Source: Octopus vulgaris (lineage: Eukaryota). From it: a DNA stretch of 64,000 nucleotides. Within the stretch, counting starts at the first letter, position 1; the number at the start of each line of letters is the position of its first letter. The notes under the pieces were generated by a model. The model was not told where the DNA came from and made no database searches. It saw only the letters and a program-made list of their open reading frames with translations. Shown in pieces: positions 54,889 through 64,000 of the stretch. The stretch spans positions 53,816,001 to 53,880,000 of the forward strand of contig OX597825.1 in the NCBI GenBank assembly GCA_951406725.2, in the 5' to 3' direction. The position numbers and the translations under genes were made by a program.

Positions 54889-56805
54889 GAAAAAAATCAA
54901 GGTAGTAAATAAAAGATAATTTTATAAAAAAACATTTCAGTACCGGTTTCGGTCATTGCGACATTTTCAACTGGAAGTATGGAAAAGAATTAAATTTTGG
55001 GAAAAGTAAATTTTGGAAAAATTTAATGAAAAGTTTTTTTTTAAATATAGGCAGAGTACAAGGGGCATTTTCCTTGTTTCTGCCTGTCTCTGTCTCTCTT
55101 GTTTACTCTTGTGGGTTCGAGGTCGTTGTGAATTCTTGGCAGAGAAAAAAAAAGAAGAAGAAGAAGAAGAAGAAGAAGAAGAAGAAGAACAACAACAACA
55201 ACAACAACAACAGAGAAATGTGCGAGAAAAGTAGTATGATGTTAAACGGTCAAGTGCCCTGAAAGTGACTTGTGGATTGTAGTAGTGATTAGATACTTGA
55301 GATATCTCTTTTGTATGTATTGTTTATAATATCTGCGTAGGTGTTATTCTAAACAGCAGTAGTAGTAAAGTAAGCGAGGAGGTGACGGAGAGGAACAAGA
55401 CGAAAAAGAAGGAGAAAGAGAAGAGATTAATAAGGGAAAGCGGGATGGTAGGATACTAGTAGGATGTTAAATGTACAAGTGACCTAAATGTGGATCGGGT
55501 TGGATTACAGCAGTGATTGGGACTGTTGGCCAATTCTTGGGTATCTCTTGAATATATCATTTTTAATATATGCTTGCGTGTTATTCTAAGGCCGTGGTTG
55601 ATATGTCGTTTGTTATAGATGCGTTCAAAAGGGGTCTGTATTCAGTAATAAAGAGAGTCTTTTTACTAAATAGTTGGCTACAGATTGTATCATCCCTGAA
55701 TTGGTAGAGGGAAAAAATCTGAAGATTAGATTTTTGTTATTGGCGTAAATGTCGATGTGTTGGCTGAATGCTATTTTTCAGTTTTAGGGAATTTTGTTCT
55801 GGGATCTGTGCAGAGCTATCCTTTGACGTAGAGTGTTTTTGTTTGACCTATGTATTGCTCTTGACACCAAAAGCAGGTTAGTGCGTATATCATTTTCTCC
55901 GAAGCACATGTGAAGCTGATTTTCACTGTGAAACGTTGTCCCTGATTGAGTGAGAACTCTGATCCCTCAATTAAATTTATACATATCCCACAGTTGGGTC
56001 TTCCGCATTTTTTTACTGACGGCTTCTGTGTTGTTCTTGATCGTATTCAGGCTTTTGTTAGGAGACTTTTCATAGATTTGGGCTGTCTCTTGCTTTTTAT
56101 GAAGGTGTGTGTTTAGAGGATTAAGTTCATTTTGCGGTCTTCTTTTAGCAGGGGAATGTTTTGAAGGATGGTGCCGAAGGCTTCATTGTTAAGAGTGTTG
56201 TGTGTGGAGGTGTATGGTAGGGCTTTTGGGATGCCTGAGTTCGTGTATGTTGAGTTGTAGGGCACGTTGAAAACATATGTCAATTAGTGAAGGTGGGTAG
56301 TTCCTGGTGATGAGTGTATCCTTTAGTTCATGTGGTCGTGTGTCCCTGGTGCTTGCATTAGACACTATAGTACATATCCTTTTTGCTAGGTTGAAGGGGA
56401 TATTCATTCAGGTGTTTCTGGGGAGGCATGAGTTGAACGGTAGATATTGCTTGGAGTCCATAGGCTTATAGTATATATCAGTTTCTATTACGTCGTTAGA
56501 TTTCTTACTGACGATTTCGAGGAAGTTGGTGATGGCTATATTCCATCGTGAATTGACTGTTTACGCCAAGTCCATTTATAAGCGCTCAGAATTCTTTAAG
56601 TCTCTCCATACGTTCATGTCAAAGAATGAAACAGTCATCCAGGTATCTCTTCCAGTTATTTTCTATGCATAGGAAGATTGGGCTGCCGTATTTTTCTAGA
56701 ACCTTATGATAAAGATTAATTTCTAGATATCCCATGACTAGGTTAGCAAAGGAGGGGGGCCATTTTCGTACCCGTCGTAGTCCCCGATTTTTGTCGATAG
56801 AAGTG
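54889..56805 (-). mobile_element. Penelope-like element (Neptune-type), 5'-truncated pseudogene: RT C-half, Cys linker, GIY-YIG, 3' terminal repeat with hammerhead
   Basis: FANLVMGYLE, RYLDDCF, ETDIYYKPMDSKQYL, NIPFNLAKRICTIVS, CGRPNCGIC...FTCASEKMIYALTCFWCQEQYIGQT; frameshifts present. Confidence 0.9.
54938..54973 (-). ncRNA. Minimal type I hammerhead motif (U3:A8 core) in the PLE terminus
   Basis: CAG-UUGAAAA-UGUC-GCAAU-GACC-GAAA-CCGG-UA-CUG; first stem II pair is mismatched. Confidence 0.55.
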
Positions 56806-56811
56806 AGACTG

Positions 56812-57180
56812 AATCCGGAATCATGTGGTTGGGAAGCAAGCTTCTTACCACCCAGCCACGCCTGCGCTTATTTTATATCATATTATACGCCATATACAGG
56901 TGTCTCAGTGTGGTAAGAAGTTTGCGTCTCAACCTCATGGTTTTTGGTTCTGTCCTACAGCGTGGCAATTTACGCACGTGTCTTCTACTGTAGCCGCGTG
57001 CCGACCAATACCTTGTTATTAGGTTGGGTACACGAGAATTAGTAGAGGCCCGTCATTTGTGTGTGTATGTGCGCACGCGATTGTGTGTGATCGTGTGTGT
57101 TTTTGTGTGTGCGTGTCCCGTTTTACCGCTTCATAACCGATGTTAGAGTGTTTATGTCACCGGAACCTACCGACACACAC
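56812..57180. mobile_element. Two OR-like SINE heads in divergent orientation (56812-56868 minus; 56895-57180 plus)
   Basis: CATGTGGTTGGGAAGCAAGCTTCTTACCAC.CAGCCACGCCTGCGC and GTGTGGTAAGAAGTTTGC...GTGTCTTCTACTGTAGCC. Confidence 0.75.
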
Positions 57181-57394
57181 ACATACACTCACACACATAA
57201 AACTGACGAAGAGACTGGCTTGTCATATTTGGAATTTTGATCCTCAAGTGAGGAATTTAAATTTTCGAATCGCATCACCTCACGCTGTTTGCTTGCCACT
57301 ACAATGAAACTCAGACTGAAGAGCCGGAAATTAAAAAGCCCGAGAGACAAAGAAAGGGGCAGAGCAGAGACAGTGAGAGTAAGAGACAGAGGTG

Positions 57395-57720
57395 GAAGTA
57401 TTGTTGTCTGTTGGACGAATCTGACAATCAAACATGTCATTATCAAACGTCGGTGACCCATCCTTCGGTGACAGAGAAGGGTGGTTGGTCTTCCCCTTTC
57501 TGGTGGCTATGACAAAAGGAATATTTTGGTTGACTACTCAAAAATATTTAAGAGAGACATTTTCTTCACAGGCCGTTCTTTCGTTGACCATTTCAAGTAT
57601 TACTTGCATCAGATGAGGACAGAAAGAGAGATACTGTTTTGTATTTTATGAAGCATGCGCAAGTGTGACTAGCCTGAATATTCATTTCCAAGAAGAAAAT
57701 GGACGCCAAGAATTGATGAG
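57395..57720 (+). mobile_element. Decayed L1/Tx1-type C-terminal fragment
   Basis: PSFGDREGWLVFPFLVAMTKGIFWLT resembles PSFKREGRAIFIILVAMAKECIWWT at 38.8 kb. Confidence 0.55.
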
Positions 57721-58199
57721 CTATATGTGGCACAATGATCTTACCATTCGATTAAGTTCTTCTCTCAGTCACCCTATATAATCTTCGCATACATTGCAGA
57801 AATTGCTTCCTAAATCTGTTTCTAGTATTAGCACTTCATTAGATATAAACCCGACATTTGATAGCTTTTCGGTGTTTTTATTGTTCTCATATTGTACTCC
57901 GTTTTAGGGTTAATAAAATGAATGACCTTCCTCATCGTCATCCCCTCCTTCTCATCTTTGTCTGCATCATCATCATCATCATCATCTTCATGATCATTAT
58001 CGTCCAAACAACCACTACCATCACTACCATCACCACCACCATCATCAGCATCATCGTTATCATCGAAGTACTCATCCCCCTCCCTCTCCTCGTCATTATC
58101 ATGATATTATCAGAAACATTACCTTGCTTCTTCTTCTTCTTCTTCTTCTTCTTCTTCTTCTTCTTCTTCTTCTTCTTCTTCTTCTTCTTCTTCTTCTTC

Positions 58200-60645
58200 A
58201 TATTTATTAGGTGGTATGATTTCTTGTTTGTATTTGTCAGCTTCCTTAAATACTGAGAACAGTTTTTCGTTTTGCTCGTGATTTGCCGCTATTTGTATCA
58301 GTTTTCCTTCCTTCTGAAGTAGATATTTTTGCAGTCCTATGGTGGTTATTTTATAGTAGTTTTCCAGCTGTATAAGGCCTCTACCACCTTCTATACGTTG
58401 TATATATAGTCTTTCTATGTCAGATTTTGGGTGATGCATCCTAGATCCTGTCATTATTTTTCTTGTTTTCCTATCTATTTTGGTCAGTTCATTTAGTGTC
58501 CAGTTAAGGATATTGTAGCTGTAACTTATAACTGGGACAGCTAAAGTATTAATACCTATTATCTTGTTTTTAGCATTGAGCTCTGTTTTTAGTATTAATC
58601 TAACTCGTCTATAATATTCTTTTTTTATTTTCTCTTTCATTTATGTGTGTTGTGTCTTATCTAGTTCATGGATTCCTAAGTATTTGTAAGTTTGGCTTTG
58701 GTCTAATTCTTTTATTTCATTGGTTTTATCTAGTGTGATGTTGTTACTCTTAACTAGTTTTCCTCTTTTCATGGTTACTTCGGCGCATTTTTCTAATCCA
58801 AATTTCATATCTATTTCTTTGGTAAATTCATGAACTGTCTTTAATAGTGTTTCCAGCTGTTTGTCATTTGCAGCGTATAGTTTTAGGTCATCCATATATA
58901 AAAAGGTGGCTGATCGTTTTGCTGTAACATTTATATCCGCATCCAGTTCTATTTAGCATATCAGGTAGAGGTGACAGTGCCAAGCAGAAAAAAATTAGGA
59001 GAACGTGTCTCCTTGGAATATTCCTCTTCTAATGGGGATGGCTTTGGTTTTCATGAGACCCTCTTTTGTTTGGTGCTGTAGCACTGTTTGCAATTTATTC
59101 ATAGAGTGCCCTATGAATTTTATAATGGTTGGTGCTACTTTGTTAATGGCTAGTGTTTCGAGGATCCATGTGTGGGGGATGCTATCAAACGCCTTTTTGC
59201 AGTCGATCCAGGCCATACTGAGGCCTTTCTTCTTTCTGTGGCTGTCTTCAGTTATGGCTTTATTAATCATTAGTTGATCTTTACATCCATATGAGCCTTT
59301 GCGGCATCCTTTCTGCTCTTCTGGAAACAGGTTGTTTTCGTCCAGGTGCTTGGTCAACCTTTGCGATACCACTGCAATAAATGCCTTGTACATTGTAGGG
59401 AGACAGGTTATTGGTCTGTAGTTTTCTGGTTTTGCTGTCTCATTTGATTTGAGAATTAAGATGGTTTTCCCCTTCGTGAGCCATTCAAGCATTGTCTCTG
59501 GCTCTGCTAGTATGTTGTTAAAGTTTTCAGCCAGCTTTTTGTGCATTCCTGTTAGATATTTCAACCAGAAGTTGGGGATCTTGTCATGCCCAGATGCCTT
59601 CCAGTTGCTTAGTCTTTGCAGTGCCTGGGTGACCTCTTCAGTTGATATGGGGGTCCAAATTTGCTCAGATGCTGAGTTTGTTGCTTTAATACTCCTTTTT
59701 TTTGGTTGTTCGTTCGCCGACCATATTTCTCTCCAGAATTCTTCCACTTCTTCTGCCGTTGGTGCTGCAGTGATTTCTATTTTATTTTTGCCAAGTTCTT
59801 GGTAGAACTTTTGGGGTTGGAGTTGAACTTTTTGTTTTGTTCAAAGAAGCGCTGGCGTTTCTCGTACCGGCGGATCCTTTGTGCTTTGGCAAGGATATCT
59901 TGCTTCAGCTTTTCTTTTTATCTCAGGTAAATATTTTTCTGCGATGGTATATTTGCGGAGTATTTTTGTTTTCTTTTTGTTGCTCAGTAGCGTTGATTGT
60001 CTACTGATTTCATTAAGAATCGACAGATCTTTTCTCATTTTTTGTATTTTGTTTTGGATGTTATTTATCCACAGGGTTTGTTTGGGTGGTGGTACTCCTG
60101 TTTGGATGGGTTTGAGTGAGTATCCAGCTTCTTTTGTGGCTGCAGTGGCTGCTGCGTATACTAAGTCATTTAGCTCAGTGATATCGCTTTTTGTTTCAGT
60201 GGCTATTAGTTCCGTGACGGCTAGGTTTATGCTGTTTATAATTGGCGTTGTTGCTTCGTCTATTTTGATTTTTGGGAGGTATGGTCGGTGGTCCATTTTG
60301 AGCTCTGTGGTTTTCAGTTTTTTGATTATTTTACTTTTTATATTATCATAATCATTAGGCTCCCCTTCGTTGTTTCCAGGTTTTAGCTTTGTGTCGCTTT
60401 CTTTCTTATTTATATGTTTGTTTGCCGTGTTTTGGCTTGCTGTTTGTCGTGTATTATTATGCATCCTTACGGTCTGGGTTTGTTTTTTTTTTTTGTTTAC
60501 ATCGTGTTTGTTGGGAATTTTACGTTTGTCTTCGTGTTTTACTGTTTCAATGTTTATATTATTGGGCATTGTTGTGTGGCTTCTATCTACATTTTCCTGG
60601 TGTATTTTTTCTTTTAGATGTTCTATTTCTATTTCTGATATTTTA
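58200..60645 (-). mobile_element. R4/Dong-clade non-LTR retrotransposon, ~2.4-kb internal segment with RT (frameshifted, truncated at both ends)
   Basis: FWREIW, NWKASGHDKIPNFWLK, ENYRPITCLPTMYK, EQKGC, AWIDCKKAFDSIPH, RGIFQGD, YMDDLKLY, YKYLGI, IDRKTRK, GGRGL; bounded by (AAT)n and (GAA)n. Confidence 0.92.
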
Positions 60646-60649
60646 TTTT

Positions 60650-60825
<176 letters not shown>

Positions 60826-61095
60826 TATCAATATATAAAGGATTGAGGTAACTCCGCGAGAAGATATAGAGTTAAATTTAAAAGAAGAGTGCCATTGTCA
60901 TCTAATGAACCTGTTGAAGACACACGAGATATCAAAATGAAGTAGATTGACAAAATTATCTTTTAAACCTGTTGAAGGTACACGAGATGTCGAAATATCT
61001 TTCACAAGATAATAATGAGTTTGACTCTCTTATTATTATTAATATTATTATTATTATTATTATTATTATCATTATTATTATTATTATTATTATTG

Positions 61096-61360
61096 AGTGA
61101 GAGAGCAGTGCATGCCATCAAAGTGACACTGGAGTTAAAAATACGAAGTCCAATATACACATCATGATTACCTCTCTGATAAGGGTACACCAGGCACATG
61201 CATCACAACCGTATGTGCATGACATGGTGGTCAAAATTTAAAATGCCTGATCTTGAAGGTGCGGCTCCTTAAGAATTTTCTTCGGGTCGAGTATTCCATC
61301 CCGCTCAATATGTGCCTGAATAAGTGTTGTTTAATGATATTGGACAAAGCACTCAATAAG
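61096..61360. mobile_element. Partial copy of the 9750-10300 element
   Basis: GAGTGAGAGAGCAGTGCATGCCATCAAAGTGACACT...ATACGAAG...CATCATGA. Confidence 0.75.
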
Positions 61361-61449
61361 GAATCCTTCTGCTTGTGAGTTCCCTTTTTGTTGAAATTCC
61401 TTCTATATTTTGGGGTGATTATGGATTTTTTCCACGTAGAATAAAATAT

Positions 61450-64000
61450 TAGAAATTTTGCTCAATGACATTAACAATTAATGTTAGAAAGACGGAGGAG
61501 TTATGTCGCAAAAAGGAGTGTGATAGCTTTTCGCCTGTTGGTATTGCTACTGGACAGGTATAGTAGTCAGGCAGAACGAGTCTTCATCATCAAAATCATT
61601 ATCAACAACAACACAGGCGCCACCGTCCTTACAACAACTGCACCACCGTAACTACAGCCACGACCACTACGAACAATATCAGCAACAATAGCAACAACAA
61701 CAGTTAAGTGTCGAGGGAGGAAAATAAGTAGTAGAGCTGTAATATAGATAATTTTCCTCCGTTAGCAAATAGCTTCGCTTTAGCTTCGACTAACATCAAC
61801 GACAACAGGAACAGCAACCGTAGCAAAGTGATAGAGCCAACGCTACAATGACAGCAAGATAAAACAACTCCTTTGCAGGAGTAACATAGTTACTGGAGCA
61901 AATCTGCCAGGGAGACCTGAGTGAAGCACAAACATTTCTCAATAGCTTGTATAGGGAAATATTCTGATTTGAGGAAAAATATTGCCAGAAGGATCACCGT
62001 TTACAGATATATGTCGTTAAAGACGAAGAAAATTTTCAATGCGCCGCACATCAATTAGCGAAATGCTTTAAGGACATATTTACTAATATTGACTTCCTCA
62101 CACGAGGAAGACAATATCGTTCTATGGAAGTGAGATTTTACACAAAGAAACTGGTTCTAAAATATTCAATGACACAGTCTAAACATGAGGCTCTTCTCCT
62201 CCTTCCCACTTACCTTGGTCGATGGGTGGCGAAGATTAACATTTCAGATGTGCCACCTGAAGTAGATATTTGGTGGTTGGTCGCTTGCGTAGTGGTCGAA
62301 GGACCGGATTCACTTCTAGATATTGAAAAAGTATCGCAAGAACAGGTAAAACCGAAATCTTTGGACAAGACTCTCGACCTAATTGAAATTCCCAGTTCCA
62401 GGTCGTGGAGGAATACAAGAAGCCGAAACGCCTCATTGGTCTAACACATATTTGTAAGCGCTCTACTCACAACAAAATGGAGGTAGAGAGATTACCCTTC
62501 TTTTACCACCAACATAAGAAAACCAAACGCTACAAAACTCACTGTAGCAATAACAATCAAAGCAGAATCGTATCACAATAACGACACTAAGCTGTGCCCA
62601 ACCATTCCTACAGACTGGCGACACAGAAACGGGTTTTACTGTTGACACTGGCGATTCGGAAGCTTTATCGTGTGATGAGGAGCAATTGAAACCATTAAGA
62701 AGGAAACATGTCGGGGAAAGGCGAAAAAATAGTTTATAAAGGCTGTCCTAAGTTGAAAGCGAAAAGACAGGGTGAGCATTCATTTCGATGGCTATGAGAT
62801 ATTCTCATAAAGTTCTCTGTCAGAAGCGGACGGTAGGTTAGCGGTGCTATTCCAAAAATCCTTAGATCTCGAAATAAGGGCAATATTCTTGGACCCGAGC
62901 GGCAAGTTGGTGGTCCAAGGCGAAGGTTGTGCCTTTAGACTAGTGGCCGTTTATGCCTCGATAGGCTTCCTATCTGGCTTCGTATATGTTGCAGCTGCCG
63001 GCAGCGGATGCGATGTCCTGGAAAAAGCCGATAAAGGCGGCTTAAATACGGGAGTCGATGAGTGATTTCATAAGTCGCAAATTGCCTGCTTTGGATGGTC
63101 TGCACGATGAATTGCATGAATTCATGCCAGATTCTTTTTGGCGACCTCTTGTCAAATGTCTACCACAACTAGCCGTAGAACTGGCGAAATCCTAGTGCTG
63201 TTAGCCGGGGTCTGATGACGCTACTGAAAAAGAACGCCGATACTGAGGAGTTGCAAGGCAAATTTAGGCCCATAATTCTGATAAACACAGAGTTTAAGAT
63301 TTTCGCCAATGTGTTTGCGAAAGGTGTGACACTTGTTCCCAGTAGTCTGGTCGGTAAAGACTTCAGACCCGTTTTCAAGGACCCATTCACGGCAATGTAC
63401 AGCAGTACCTGCTCGGTAGTCAAAGTGAAAGGCAACCTATCGGAAGCGCTTCGATTCGCAGACTCAGTCTGCCGGGGCTGCCCGCTGTCGCCTCTTCTGT
63501 TAGTGATTGCTCTCGAGCCGCTGCAGTGGAAGCTAAAACTGGTAAGGGCATCTTTCTCGAACTGGAACAAAAGAGGGCAGTGTCGGCATATTTAAACATC
63601 ACAGTTATACAGTCGGACGCTATCGATGTGAGGATTGTTGGCACCATTCTTCAGGAATAAAGGTCGGTTGCAGGTGCCAAAATCAAGGGCGACAAGTCAG
63701 TGGAATTGCAGCTGGATAACTGGAGAGGTAGACTAATGCCGTCGGGTGGCGTCGTGGGACTTTGGACTGACAGACCGGTTAAACTTCTTAGGTCAGGTTC
63801 GGTCCCCACTTCTAGGTAGATAAGAACTGGAACGAGTTGACTGGCAGGGTAACCAGCCTTACCCAGAAACGGGCTGAGAGAAAACTGTGTCTGAAGGTCG
63901 GGCACAGATGGCGATTGCCTCCACAGCCTTCTTTATCAGCTATCGCCTGACTCTCACACTCTACTCCCGTTAATGCTTGACCAGGTTGGAGCTTTTCTTA
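61450..64000 (+). mobile_element. Decayed, internally deleted L1/Tx1-type LINE (ORF1, APE and RT relics)
   Basis: DPSGKLVV...FRLVAVYA (APE region); LDGL, FRPIILINTEFKIFA, GCPLSPLL...ALEPL, GAKIK.DKS (RT); runs off the window end. Confidence 0.8.

Noticed and set aside
58119-60569. Four consecutive ORFs as a functional RT gene
   Set aside because: Frameshifts, stops and truncation at both ends indicate an R4/Dong relic

Overview
AT-rich, microsatellite-saturated eukaryotic DNA, either intergenic or intronic. The repeat content (tRNA-derived SINEs with a Nin-like core, plus (TA)n, (CA)n, (AAT)n and (TATG)n tracts) points to an octopod cephalopod (Octopus-like); this is an inference. I can support no intact host protein-coding gene. 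Nearly all ORFs in the track are microsatellite translations or transposon relics. The recognisable content is decayed mobile DNA: Penelope-like elements (PLEs; one Neptune-type and one Naiad-like GIY-YIG), R4/Dong, L1-Tx1 and RTE LINE fragments, a Chapaev3-type DNA transposon, hAT and Tc1-type MITEs, and many SINEs. The most interesting signal is RNA-structural: about 15 minimal hammerhead-ribozyme-like motifs from several unrelated repeat families. These include an apparently intact orphan type I hammerhead with a U3:A8 core (21069-21115), a family with compensatory stem II changes, a SINE-like unit joining a Pol III B-box, (AAT)n and a hammerhead, and a possible permuted (type II-like) form. 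Many carriers are fold-back (inverted) structures that abut (TA)n tracts. A collinear patchwork duplication at about 36.7-39.5 kb may be an assembly artefact. Element boundaries were read by eye and are approximate.
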